Source of the DNA: Spirochaetota bacterium | Lineage (GTDB): Bacteria > Spirochaetota > UBA4802 > UBA5550 | Assembly (NCBI GenBank): GCA_050298055.1 | Contig: JBNKTL010000011.1 | Span: forward strand, 1 to 64,000 | DNA length: 64,000 nt | Direction of reading: 5' to 3' | Part shown: positions 1-9,679 of the stretch, in pieces | How positions within the stretch are numbered: position 1 is the stretch's first letter | How the letters are laid out: every line of letters begins with the position of its first letter | Made by a program: the position numbers and the translations under genes | The notes under the pieces: generated by a model | The model's database searches: none | Told to the model about the DNA's origin: nothing | The model's input: only the letters and a program-made list of their open reading frames with translations

Positions 1-49
1 ACCCCGCCTGCAAAGACGGCCCTTCATAACATTTTCTATTTATGCAGAT

Positions 50-220
50 TTATGCTTCTGATATAGAATCAGAAGGACATACTGCCACGCATGCTCCGCA
101 GTCTGTGCATTCACCAGCGTCGATGACTCTCTTGTCATCCTTCTCGCTGATGGCCTCAACCGGGCATTCCGGTTCACAGGAACCGCAGTTTGTGCAAGTG
201 TCGTCTATTACGTGTGCCAT
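50..220 (-). CDS. 2[4Fe-4S] ferredoxin (clostridial type)
   Basis: Two CxxCxxCxxxCP motifs (CTNCGSCEPECP, CTDCGACVAVCP). Start taken at MAHVI, preceded by a GGAGG RBS. Confidence 0.93.
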   Translation of the reverse strand: MAHVIDDTCTNCGSCEPECPVEAISEKDDKRVIDAGECTDCGACVAVCPSDSISEA

Positions 221-374
221 CTTCTCCTCCTGCAATAGTAAAAATATATTTATCCTGGGAATTCTTATATTCAGGAAATTCTACAACCTGTTTAAATCTC
301 TTGCCGGATATGTCAAGGTTTTCGTTTATAAAATTTGTAAAAAAAATTGTTGTTTTAAGCGCCTGAAGCCTAAT

Positions 375-406
375 AAAAAAAAGGCCGGGTCACGTGACCC
401 GGCCTT
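375..406 (-). terminator. Rho-independent terminator
   Basis: Perfect palindrome AAGGCCGGGTCAC/GTGACCCGGCCTT followed on the minus strand by a T8 run, just downstream of the 438..1535 gene. Confidence 0.85.
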
Positions 407-437
407 CCCGTTTGTTTCATGAATGTGTCTTTTTATC

Positions 438-1535
438 CTACCAGACAAAACCCGCGGATATTCCCGCGGAGACACCGTCATTGATATACCACGTTGTGTT
501 TGCGTTTACGTGTACCCCGAGGATGGTAACTCCCGCACCGGCCATGAGTTTCGGCTTGAAGCGTGACGGGGAGGTTTCAGGTGTTGAGGCGTCGATTGTC
601 ACATAACCATCCTGGGTAAGTGTCATCGGTGTTCCATTATATAAAACTTCGACTGAATTTCTATTCTTTATTGTTATATCCGTTCCACCAAAGATCAGGT
701 CTGCCCCCGCGCCCACATTCACATTGAGTACCAGGACCTTTATGGCCGTATGGAGCTCCAGGGGGATCACATAGGTCTTAGCTTCATAACCAAGCTCAAG
801 GGTTGGCTCCATTCTTAAACTATATCCGTTAGTAAGGTCTTGTGAAAAATCAAGACCATCGATATCTTTAACAGTCAGATCGACTTTGTTGCTGTTGTAT
901 ATGAAGCCTGTTCCGAATGAGAGCCCCCTCCAGGTGAGGAGTCCGAAGAGGCTCCGTACCCTGAGGAACTGGTAGTTGATCCCGAAACCCATGGTCATTG
1001 TATCACCCTTGCCGTCAAGTTCGTCGCTGTTTACCTCGTATGAGATCTTGCCGAACTTCACGTTGGCGTAGAGCCCTTTTTTAAGGAAACCCAGGTTGAG
1101 CCCGGCGTTGAAGGCGGCCCCTGCGCCTACTCCCGCGTAAATATCACCCTCTTCCTGGATGTCCTGGCCTACCGCTTCCAAGTCATCGGGCGTGATGCCT
1201 ACAATGCTTTCCGGGAACTGGGCGGAGACCTGGAACCCAACAATGATCCCGAAGAGGTCGTAACCGTGGTAGCCGTCAAAGGGGGCAACGTTTGAAGAAT
1301 AAGCCGTCGCGTTTGCAATCCCCTTTGCAAGCTCAGACTGGTCGTCCCAATTTGAATTTATCTCATTTCTAATATCATCAAGATAAGTATTCCAATAGGT
1401 ACCTATATAACTGTTAACCGTGCCATCACTAGTTGAAGGTTGTTGACCACCTATTGTTGCAGCATACAGACTGCCGCTCCCTGCCACCACTGCAAACAGG
1501 ACCATTATAAATATTTTCTTTGCATATGGTTTCAT
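438..1535 (-). CDS. Exported outer-membrane beta-barrel-like surface protein (Lsa36/DUF6588-like)
   Basis: Signal peptide (MKPYAKKIFIMVLFAVV..YAA), Gly/aromatic amphipathic strands and C-terminal ISAGFVW. Start chosen at the ATG after GGAGG. Family call is by resemblance only. Confidence 0.6.
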   Translation of the reverse strand: MKPYAKKIFIMVLFAVVAGSGSLYAATIGGQQPSTSDGTVNSYIGTYWNTYLDDIRNEINSNWDDQSELAKGIANATAYSSNVAPFDGYHGYDLFGIIVGFQVSAQFPESIVGITPDDLEAVGQDIQEEGDIYAGVGAGAAFNAGLNLGFLKKGLYANVKFGKISYEVNSDELDGKGDTMTMGFGINYQFLRVRSLFGLLTWRGLSFGTGFIYNSNKVDLTVKDIDGLDFSQDLTNGYSLRMEPTLELGYEAKTYVIPLELHTAIKVLVLNVNVGAGADLIFGGTDITIKNRNSVEVLYNGTPMTLTQDGYVTIDASTPETSPSRFKPKLMAGAGVTILGVHVNANTTWYINDGVSAGISAGFVW

Positions 1536-1640
1536 GCATTCCTCCGTATTTTCATTGGTTTTAATAGTTTTCAGTTTATTCATACAAGATATACTCCCTT
1601 GAGAATAAAACAAGTAAAAAATGGCGGTTTTTCAATATTT

Positions 1641-1829
1641 GCTCAGAGTAAACCCAGAGCAGGCTCAGAGTAAGCTCAGAGTAAAATTTTGTGGAGGTGG
1701 GTGTTTATGTATAAATATAATCATTTTATATAGTAATGTCACTTCTTTACCAGTAAAAGCCGATTTCCTTTCAACAGGGGGTCAGAGCCTCCCGTTCAAG
1801 AGCACCCTTATTCGAGGGGTCAGAGCACC
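1641..1829 (+). repeat. Degenerate (G/C)TCAGAG repeat cluster
   Basis: Four tandem 11-mers (GCTCAGAGTAA-like) at 1641-1684, plus GGGGTCAGAGC at ~1778 and ~1816. Confidence 0.7.
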
Positions 1830-1962
1830 TTGTATCCAAATCCAAAACCTGAATTGCCTTCCCCTCTTTCAAATAATATAAAAAACTGATAAAAATAACT
1901 CAACCAGGGAAAAATTTTTATTATTCCATCTCCTTGATCGTATAGATATTAAGGAGCAGGAT

Positions 1963-2807
1963 ATGGAAAACAGCAAAGTCCACGACAAATTTTTCAAAAA
2001 GACCTTTTCCGACAAAAAGAACATCAGGGATTTTCTTAAGCTCTCCCTGCCGGAGGGGATAAAGGAGGAGATAGACTACTCGTTTATAAATGTTGATAAT
2101 ACAGGGTATGTATCAGAAAACATAAAGGGATACTTTTCCGACATTGTCATCAAAACCCGGTTAAAGTCAAAAACCGGTAAAGACAGTCCCCTTAACGCGG
2201 ATATCTATATCCTCTTTGAGCATAAGTCATATAAAGACAAAAGGATATTTGTTCAATTGTTAAAATACATGTACCTCATGTGGCAGAAGGACTCGGACAA
2301 TAGCAAACCCCTGAGGATTGTTCTCCCCCTGGTATTTTATCATGGGGGGAGCTGGTGGGATAATTTTGAAACTGAACCCGGATTGAAAAAAACATTTTTC
2401 TGCTCACATCGTTGATGTTATTGAAAAGCGCAGCTGACAATAATCATGAAATAATTGAAAAAATATTTTATTTCTGGATAGAAAAGGGATTTATTGATAC
2501 CAGTAAAGATGAAAAACTGGTTTTTTTCTTAACATATATTGTTTCAACCAGGGACATTCCTGAAAGGGAACTTATAAATCTTATAGAAGAGAAAAAACTG
2601 CTTGGAGGTGATCCGATGCCTACATTAGCACAGAGATGGATTGAAGAAGGCAAAACCGAAGGATTAATTGAAGGTAAACTTGAAGGCAAAATTGAAGGGA
2701 AAATTGAAGATGCCAGAAAAATGTGTGAAAAGGGATTTTCCCTGGAAGATATTATTGATATTACCGGCCTCTCTCAGGAAGACCTGAAAAAAGCCGGGAT
2801 TTCTTAA
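1963..2807 (+). pseudogene. Rpn family recombination-promoting nuclease/putative transposase (PD-(D/E)xK), frameshifted
   Basis: HDKFFK, SDIV, YILFEHKS and PLVFYHG motifs in 1963..2415. The C-terminal half with EGKxEG repeats is in another frame (2412..2807). One extra A in the A7 run at ~2386-2392 would join the frames (LKKNIFLLTSLMLLK). Confidence 0.85.
2616..2807 (+). CDS. Putative intragenic small protein (RpnS-type antitoxin), 63 aa
   Basis: GGAGGTG at 2604-2610 and an in-frame ATG at 2616 (MPTLAQRWIEEGK...), matching the known internal-start architecture of Rpn genes. Confidence 0.65.
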   Translation: MPTLAQRWIEEGKTEGLIEGKLEGKIEGKIEDARKMCEKGFSLEDIIDITGLSQEDLKKAGIS

Positions 2808-2849
2808 TAAACGTCTTCTTCACCCCGGAACTCAGAACCCGGAACTATC

Positions 2850-5429
2850 TTACCCGAACACAATCCTCTTCCCGTCAGAATCCACCTTGATCACCTGTTC
2901 TTCGGTGATATCACCCCCAAGAAGCTTCATTGAAAGGGGATTCATCAGGTGTTTCTGTATGGACCTCTGCAGGGGCCGTGCCCCGAAACGGGGGTCAAAG
3001 CCCTCTTTCGCCAGGAAGTCCACGGCCTTTTTGGAGAGCTTCAGGATGATCCCCCTCTCTTTGAGGCGCTCCGACACGGTTTTAAGCTGTATCTTCACGA
3101 TGTCCCCGATGTTCTTCTCATCAAGGGGATTAAAGATGATGATCTCATCGATCCTGTTGAGGAACTCAGGTTTGAAGAAGTTCTTCAGCTCGGCGTTCAC
3201 CCCCTCCTTCCTCTTCTCAAAGGGGATTGAGTCGTCGCTGATAAAGGAGGTCCCGATATTGGACGTCATGATGATCAGGGTGTTCCTGAAATCCACGGTC
3301 CGTCCCTTGGAGTCGGTGAGCCTCCCCTCGTCAAGTATCTGGAGGAAGATATTGAAGACGTCGGGGTGGGCCTTCTCGATCTCGTCGAAGAGGAGGACAG
3401 AGTAGGGCCGCCTTCTCACCGACTCGGTGAGCTGTCCCCCTTCGTCGTATCCCACGTAGCCGGGAGGGGCCCCGATGAGCCGTGCCACGGCGTGTTTCTC
3501 CATGTACTCGGACATATCGATCCGGATGACCGCCTTCTCGTCGTTAAAGAGGAACTCCGCCACCGCCTTGGCGGTCTCGGTCTTTCCCACCCCTGTAGGG
3601 CCCAGGAAGATAAAGGAACCCACCGGCTTTCCCGGGTCCTGTATCCCCGACCGGGACCTTCTCACCGCGTCTGATATGGCGCCGATGGCCCGGTCCTGGC
3701 CCACGACCCTCTTCCTGAGAAGATCCTCCATCTGCATCAGCTTCTCCTTCTCTCCCTCAAGCATCTTGGAGACCGGGATTCCCGTCCACCGGGAGACAAC
3801 GGCCGCTATCTCCTGTTCGGTGACCTCTTCCTTGAGGAGTGTCCCCTTCTCCTGGAGCTCTTTCAGCTTTACATCCATCTCCTTCTGTTTCTTCTCCAGT
3901 TCCACGATCTTTCCGTAGCGGATCTCCGCCACCCTGTTCAGGTCACCCTCGCGCTCGGCCTTCTGTTCCTCCAGGCGGAGGTTTTCGATCTCCTTTTTTA
4001 TATCGCTCAGGTCGGTGATGATCTCCTTTTCGTTCTGCCAGAGGGCCACCAGCCCGTTCTTCTTTTCGTTGAGGTTGGCCAGCTCCTCCTCGATCTTGTT
4101 CTGCCTCTCCCGGGAGGCCTTGTCCTTCTCCTTGGAGAGGGCCTTCACCTCGATGGTGAGCTGCATGATCCTCCTCTCGATCTCGTCGATCTCAATGGGC
4201 ATGGAGTCGATCTCCATCTTGATAAGGGAGGCTGATTCGTCGATGAGGTCAACGGCCTTATCGGGAAGAAACCTGTCGGTTATGTACCTGTCTGATAAAA
4301 TGGCCGCGGCAACCACCGCCGAATCGGAGATCCTCACCCCGTGGTGGACCTCGTACTTCTCCTTGAGCCCCCTGAGGATTGCGATGGTGTCCTCAACGGT
4401 GGGTTCCCCGGTAAAGACCGGCTGGAACCTCCGCTCCAGGGCCTTGTCCTTTTCGATATACTTCTGGTATTCCGCAAGTGTGGTGGCGCCGATGCTCCTG
4501 AGCTCTCCCCGGGCCAGGGGTGGTTTCAGCATATTTGAGGCGTCAACGGACCCCTCCGAGGCCCCGGCCCCCACCAGGGTGTGGAGTTCATCGATAAAGA
4601 GGATGATCTCCCCCCCTGAGTCCACGATCTCCTGTATCACCGCCTTGAGCCTCTCCTCGAACTCGCCCCGGTATTTTGCCCCTGCGATGAGGGCCCCCAT
4701 GTCCAGGGAGACCAGCTTTTTGTTTTTCAGGTTTTCCGGTACGTCCCCCGAGATGATCCTCTGGGCAAGCCCCTCCACAATTGCGGTTTTCCCCACACCG
4801 GGCTCACCGATGAGTACCGGGTTGTTCTTGGTCCGCCGTGAAAGGACCTGCATGACCCTCCGGATCTCCTCGTCACGGCCGATGACCGGGTCCAGCTTAT
4901 TGGCCCGGGCCTGCCGGGTGAGGTCGGTGCTGTACCTCTCCAGGGCATTGTACTTCTCCTCGGCATTCTCCGCGTCGGCCCTGTGGCTTCCCCTGATCTC
5001 CATGAGAACTTTTAAGATATTGTCCCGGGTAAAACCGTGGGCATTGAGTATCTTCCGGGCGGCATTATCTCCCGTTGATGCCAGTGAGAGGATCATGTGC
5101 TCCGTGCTGAGGTAGTCATCGTTGAGCTTCACCGCTTCGTCCCAGGCCTTGTTGATGATCTCCCGGAGGGACGGGGAGAGTGCACCGCCCCCGGGTCCCG
5201 CCCCGACCTGCCGGGGCAATGCCTCCAGGGCCCTGTTGATCTCGCCGCTCATATCGCTTACGGATGTTCCGATTTTCCGGGAGATTGAGGAAAACATCCC
5301 TCCTTCCTGCCCCGAGAGCGCCTTCAGGAGGTGCTCCGGCTGTATCTCGTAGTGGTTCTGTTCAGTGGCTATGTTTTGTGCAGTGTTTATGGCATCCTGT
5401 GATTTCAGTGTAAACTTGTCCATTCTCAT
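2850..5429 (-). CDS. clpB: ATP-dependent chaperone ClpB
   Basis: Clp N domain, two AAA+ modules ([16 protein letters not shown]), long coiled-coil M domain and GYVGY pore loop; 859 aa. Confidence 0.97.
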   Translation of the reverse strand: MRMDKFTLKSQDAINTAQNIATEQNHYEIQPEHLLKALSGQEGGMFSSISRKIGTSVSDMSGEINRALEALPRQVGAGPGGGALSPSLREIINKAWDEAVKLNDDYLSTEHMILSLASTGDNAARKILNAHGFTRDNILKVLMEIRGSHRADAENAEEKYNALERYSTDLTRQARANKLDPVIGRDEEIRRVMQVLSRRTKNNPVLIGEPGVGKTAIVEGLAQRIISGDVPENLKNKKLVSLDMGALIAGAKYRGEFEERLKAVIQEIVDSGGEIILFIDELHTLVGAGASEGSVDASNMLKPPLARGELRSIGATTLAEYQKYIEKDKALERRFQPVFTGEPTVEDTIAILRGLKEKYEVHHGVRISDSAVVAAAILSDRYITDRFLPDKAVDLIDESASLIKMEIDSMPIEIDEIERRIMQLTIEVKALSKEKDKASRERQNKIEEELANLNEKKNGLVALWQNEKEIITDLSDIKKEIENLRLEEQKAEREGDLNRVAEIRYGKIVELEKKQKEMDVKLKELQEKGTLLKEEVTEQEIAAVVSRWTGIPVSKMLEGEKEKLMQMEDLLRKRVVGQDRAIGAISDAVRRSRSGIQDPGKPVGSFIFLGPTGVGKTETAKAVAEFLFNDEKAVIRIDMSEYMEKHAVARLIGAPPGYVGYDEGGQLTESVRRRPYSVLLFDEIEKAHPDVFNIFLQILDEGRLTDSKGRTVDFRNTLIIMTSNIGTSFISDDSIPFEKRKEGVNAELKNFFKPEFLNRIDEIIIFNPLDEKNIGDIVKIQLKTVSERLKERGIILKLSKKAVDFLAKEGFDPRFGARPLQRSIQKHLMNPLSMKLLGGDITEEQVIKVDSDGKRIVFG

Positions 5430-5660
5430 CTGGTAATCCTCCCTGGTTACATGATAGTTTATCTCCCGGCAATGGATGTTGTCAAAGGAAATAATATCAT
5501 GAAATGTATTATTTGGTATAAATTTTTAAATCCGGCAGGATACGGAAGTATATTAAACTTTTTTTATCTGTCATTAAAATATACAATAAATTTCAATTAT
5601 CGTCAAGCACCTGTTATTGTTTTTATTATCCTTGTTCCTCCGGGTGTATCCCTCTCAGGC

Positions 5661-6455
5661 TTACAGACTCCCTTCCATAAATATCAGGACACTGTATGTG
5701 AATACATCAGGATCTCGTACCAGTTCATCAAGATCAGAAAGAATGAGCTCAAGCTTCTCCTTATCATGATGGACTCTTCCGAAATTATTGCTGATTGTTT
5801 TTCTTTTTTCATTCCAGTTGTCAAGTTCTCTGGCAGCGGGGACCCCGGCGATGAGATGATGAGGGACCAGGTAGGGGGTTATCTGAGAAAAACCGGCCTT
5901 TCGGTAATAATGGAAAAGCTTTCTTCCAACGAAAGGATCGAACCCGAAACCGGAAAGAAATGAAATCAGATCATGCAATCCTTTCTCTAAAGAAGGCTCA
6001 ATGGGATAGTGGAATAATGAATTACCGTCAAGATCACCGGTAATGACCTTTCCCTCAACAGTTGCCACACGTTTCATCTCAAGAAGAGCCCTGACCGGTT
6101 CTTTCAGATACTCAAAGAGGAACCTGCTCCAGACAAAGTCAAATGTTTTGGGAGGGAAAGGCATGCTGTAAACGTCTCCCACATAAAACTCTATGTTTCT
6201 GATATTTTTCTCCTCTGCAAGAATTCTGGCCTCCCTGATTCTCTCTTTGCTTCTGTCAATCCCTGTGGCAGGAGAGGGGTATACCAGCTTTGCCATCTCT
6301 ATGGTCGTTACTCCTGAAGCGCAACCCACATCAAGGGGATGCATCCCTTTCCTGAGCCCGAAGTTTTTCAGCTGCTGTAACGTCGTTTTCACATCGGTCT
6401 TTTTTAAGATCCTTCTCCCTTCGGAAGAGCTTTCCATTATATATTCGTCAGGCAT
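5661..6455 (-). CDS. Class I SAM-dependent methyltransferase
   Basis: LDVGCASG motif I and FDFVWSRFLFEYL motif. Confidence 0.88.
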   Translation of the reverse strand: MPDEYIMESSSEGRRILKKTDVKTTLQQLKNFGLRKGMHPLDVGCASGVTTIEMAKLVYPSPATGIDRSKERIREARILAEEKNIRNIEFYVGDVYSMPFPPKTFDFVWSRFLFEYLKEPVRALLEMKRVATVEGKVITGDLDGNSLFHYPIEPSLEKGLHDLISFLSGFGFDPFVGRKLFHYYRKAGFSQITPYLVPHHLIAGVPAARELDNWNEKRKTISNNFGRVHHDKEKLELILSDLDELVRDPDVFTYSVLIFMEGSL

Positions 6456-7465
6456 TTTTCCCTCCGGTTGTAAAAGGCGTTAAAATGCTGCAGAATAGGA
6501 TCATACCAGTTCATTATCTTTGAAAAGATTAATTCCGCGTATATTTTCTTTTTTTGCATCCCGGTACTTGAAAGAATCTTCTCATCCTCCGGTCCTGCGA
6601 GACAGACTGCGAAATTCCTTCCCCGTGCCACATAATAGTTTATTGATTCATGGATAAGAGCTTTTCTGGCTGAATTGTTTTCTTCAAACATCTGCACTGA
6701 GAATGAGTTAAAAAAGAATGAAAAATTTATTCCGATCTGAGAATGGTCGATGAGGGAGTAACCGAGAATTCGATCATTGCTTCGGGCAAGGAGAAGATGC
6801 CGGTCTCTCCGGATCCCCGCGGAATTGTATTTTTTTGATGTTTCAAGAATACTATCAAAAGGATTTTTCAGGCCTTTTGATCCGATAAAAACCGGCCGGT
6901 GGGTCTTTTCTATCAGGCTGATATAGTCTTTTAAGTCTTCTTTTTCAAGGGGGGTTACGATTATCGCATCATTTCTCTTGATTTTTTTCACGAATGATCC
7001 GATATAATATCCCTTCTCCCGGTATTCGAAAACGTCTGAAGAAATTTTATCCATCAAAGAGCCGAAAATCCTGTTTGGCCAGGGATTATCCGGCCGGTAA
7101 AGGAACAGAATATAATCACAATAAGGATTTTCAATGGTCCACTTTATGAGAGAAACGATGTTATCATGAACACCTTTTGGATCACTATCCCCTGTTGCGT
7201 GCTGTATAAGCCAGGAATAATCCGAATATTGAGCAGCAGAGATCGAGCTTATAAGCTTTCCTTCTTTCAAATTATGAAAAAATACAAAAACGTCATTTTC
7301 TGTTCTTAAAAGCTTTCTCCAGGTATCCTGTATCTCGGGAAAAAAAGGCGACATCGCCTGTTCTTTGGAAGGATAGATGAAATTTATTTTTTTGTAAAAA
7401 TTAAACACGTCTTCAAAAGAGAGGCTGTTGCCCGGCGCAATTGTTCCATCGGTTCTTCTGAGCAT
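6437..7465 (-). CDS. Hypothetical protein, possible tandem GNAT-like folds
   Basis: 342-aa ORF with an AGGAGG RBS, overlapping the methyltransferase start. Two alpha/beta halves (KLISSISAAQY..SWLIQH; RILGYSLID..RKALIHESINYY). Confidence 0.6.
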   Translation of the reverse strand: MLRRTDGTIAPGNSLSFEDVFNFYKKINFIYPSKEQAMSPFFPEIQDTWRKLLRTENDVFVFFHNLKEGKLISSISAAQYSDYSWLIQHATGDSDPKGVHDNIVSLIKWTIENPYCDYILFLYRPDNPWPNRIFGSLMDKISSDVFEYREKGYYIGSFVKKIKRNDAIIVTPLEKEDLKDYISLIEKTHRPVFIGSKGLKNPFDSILETSKKYNSAGIRRDRHLLLARSNDRILGYSLIDHSQIGINFSFFFNSFSVQMFEENNSARKALIHESINYYVARGRNFAVCLAGPEDEKILSSTGMQKKKIYAELIFSKIMNWYDPILQHFNAFYNRREKCLTNI

Positions 7466-7788
7466 CTTTGACCCTCCTGATATTTGCGGATTTAACTTTC
7501 GATCAATAACAGGTCTTTATGACATTTGCAACAGGACAGGATTTGAGATTATTTGTGTTATACGGTGTGTTTTGCTTGCTTTGATTGTCATAGATATTAA
7601 TCCTATCATGTCGATTAAAAACTATAACATCACATCTAAAAATATTGGGAAGGTATGATATGAATTTTGTCAACGAAAAAGCAGTTTTATTTTGAAATTA
7701 TGCCGGATAATAATTGGGTGGTGCTGCCGAAGGAGAGTAAGGTGATGACCATAAAATTTCTTATTGAACTCAATCAGAAATAAGTTTA

Positions 7789-8742
7789 ATGTACCTTACC
7801 ATGTCAATAGAAATGAAATTTCTCCTGTTTCAGGGCGTAATTATCCTCCCTCTTCTGTCCGGAACTCTTTTTAAACAACGTTTTGATAATCCGGAGAAAC
7901 TTGCCAAAAGGATAATTAACCTGAACCTGTCAACTTTCCAGCCCCTGATTATTCTCTGGAGTGTCTGGGGGATGAAGCTGCAGAAGGACCTCATTTATCT
8001 GCCTCTGGCCGGGGGGGCCCTTGTCACTGCGGGTTTTCTTCTGGGAATGCTAGTGGCTCCCGTATCGGGTCTCAAGGATAAGAGGAGGGCTTCATTCATC
8101 ATCAGTTCATCCCTGGGGAATCACGGCTTTACCATGGGCGCGTTCATCTGTTACCTGGTTGCCGGCGAGAGGGGGCTTTCCCTTGCCCTTCTCTTTCTCG
8201 CTTATTTTATTCCTTATATCTTCGGGTTTATCTTTCCCTATGCCCGGTTTTCATCATCGGGAAAGAAATACTCGTGGACTTTCTTTCGGGAATCCCTTGT
8301 CAGTATTCAAAATATCCCTCTTTATGCGGTGTTTGCTGCGATTATCCTCAATTCCCTTGATATGGGTAAGCCGGATATTTTTCTTCCCCTGGATCTTTTC
8401 CTCATTGTTTCCATCGCGCTGAGCTACTTTACCCTGGGAATAAATTTCAGTTTTAGGGATGTATCTTTTTTCAGCAGGGAACAGATCCTCCTGGCAGTCA
8501 TTAAGTTCATGGTTCTCCCCGCTGCCGTTTACCTGGTACTCATACCGGTTCATCTTCATCCTGACCTGAAGATGGTCATCAGGATAGAGTCTTTTATGCC
8601 CACAGCTGTTTATTCTGTTATCAGCTCAATTCTCTTTGATCTTGACGCCAGGCTTTCCGCCGGTCTCTTCGTGGTAAATACGGTTCTCTTTATTCTGATT
8701 GTTCTGCCCCTCTTGATCTTTTTCAGAGAGTATCTTATTTAA
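7789..8742 (+). CDS. AEC (auxin efflux carrier) family transporter
   Basis: About 10 TM segments; GNHGFTMG and ESFMPTAV motifs. Confidence 0.85.
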   Translation: MYLTMSIEMKFLLFQGVIILPLLSGTLFKQRFDNPEKLAKRIINLNLSTFQPLIILWSVWGMKLQKDLIYLPLAGGALVTAGFLLGMLVAPVSGLKDKRRASFIISSSLGNHGFTMGAFICYLVAGERGLSLALLFLAYFIPYIFGFIFPYARFSSSGKKYSWTFFRESLVSIQNIPLYAVFAAIILNSLDMGKPDIFLPLDLFLIVSIALSYFTLGINFSFRDVSFFSREQILLAVIKFMVLPAAVYLVLIPVHLHPDLKMVIRIESFMPTAVYSVISSILFDLDARLSAGLFVVNTVLFILIVLPLLIFFREYLI

Positions 8743-8750
8743 CCGGAAGT

Positions 8751-9446
8751 TCAGGACCGGGAGAGTTCCCAGATACCCTTTTCCCAGTCATACTTTTCAT
8801 TGGGGTGGAACATGTTCTTATAGGACATGCTGCCGTTTTCTTCGATATAGTAACCGAGGTAGTAATATTTTTTTCCCAGGGAGCCCGCTTTTTCTATTTC
8901 CTTCAGGATGCTGTATGTCCCGGGGCTGTATTCTTCGTACCGGGTCTTAAAGATGTAATAAACCGAGCTGAATGCCTGGCTGGAGATGTCCAGAAATCCC
9001 ACGCCCATGAGCTCATCATCCAGGTAGTACTCCGACTGCATGCTGGGACAGGTTTCGGTGTAGAATGTTGAAACAAATGTCTCAACATCAACCTCCCTGT
9101 CAAACCTGTTCAACGAATGGTCCCTGTATATCTCGAATATTTCATCTTTGTAAGTCAGGGGTTTGAATTCAACCCTGATCTTTTCGGATTTTCTCAGGAC
9201 CCTCTTCTGGCTCCTGGAGGGAATGAAATCTTTTACAAGGACCCTGAGCGGGATGCACTTGAAGCATTTGACACAGTTTGGCCTGAAATAGTATATGCCG
9301 AACTTTCTCCAGCCTTTTTCCAGCAGAATGTTCAGATCGTCATAGTTGAGTTCATAGGCAAAGAAGTACTCAAATCGCCAATCAAGGTTTTTTATATATG
9401 AGCATTCACTGAAGCTGCTCAGTTGTTTTTCCTGTATTATCTGCAT
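8751..9446 (-). CDS. Arginyl/leucyl-tRNA--protein transferase (ATE/Bpt family)
   Basis: CSY, GWRKFG, FRPNCxxCxxCIPLRV, YSPGTYSIL and YYYLGYYI..MSYK motifs. Confidence 0.9.
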   Translation of the reverse strand: MQIIQEKQLSSFSECSYIKNLDWRFEYFFAYELNYDDLNILLEKGWRKFGIYYFRPNCVKCFKCIPLRVLVKDFIPSRSQKRVLRKSEKIRVEFKPLTYKDEIFEIYRDHSLNRFDREVDVETFVSTFYTETCPSMQSEYYLDDELMGVGFLDISSQAFSSVYYIFKTRYEEYSPGTYSILKEIEKAGSLGKKYYYLGYYIEENGSMSYKNMFHPNEKYDWEKGIWELSRS

Positions 9447-9679
9447 TAATAAATTTTACACGCTCTTTTGTGTTTCGGTCAAGTTTAAATTTTCCGGATT
9501 TTTCCCCTGAAGGGAGTTTCTGCAGGTTATTGCTCATATGGGTCATAAATGAGTTGTGAAAAGGTCTATTATGTTTGCAATCAGGGAAAATATTTTTTAT
9601 TTGTGGATGAAATAATAAGAAAAATATATTATGACTGAATCTTTTGTTCGTAATTGAAATCAGTACAGAAGGAGATATC

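Noticed and set aside
4015..5115. Long antisense ORFs (also 48937..50226 and 51193..52206)
   Set aside because: They are shadows of clpB, glyA and valS on the opposite strand, with no protein-like motifs.
5430..5660. CIRCE/HrcA operator upstream of clpB, and ORF 5451..5963
   Set aside because: No TTAGCACTC-N9-GAGTGCTAA is present. The ORF overlaps the methyltransferase antisense and has no motif.
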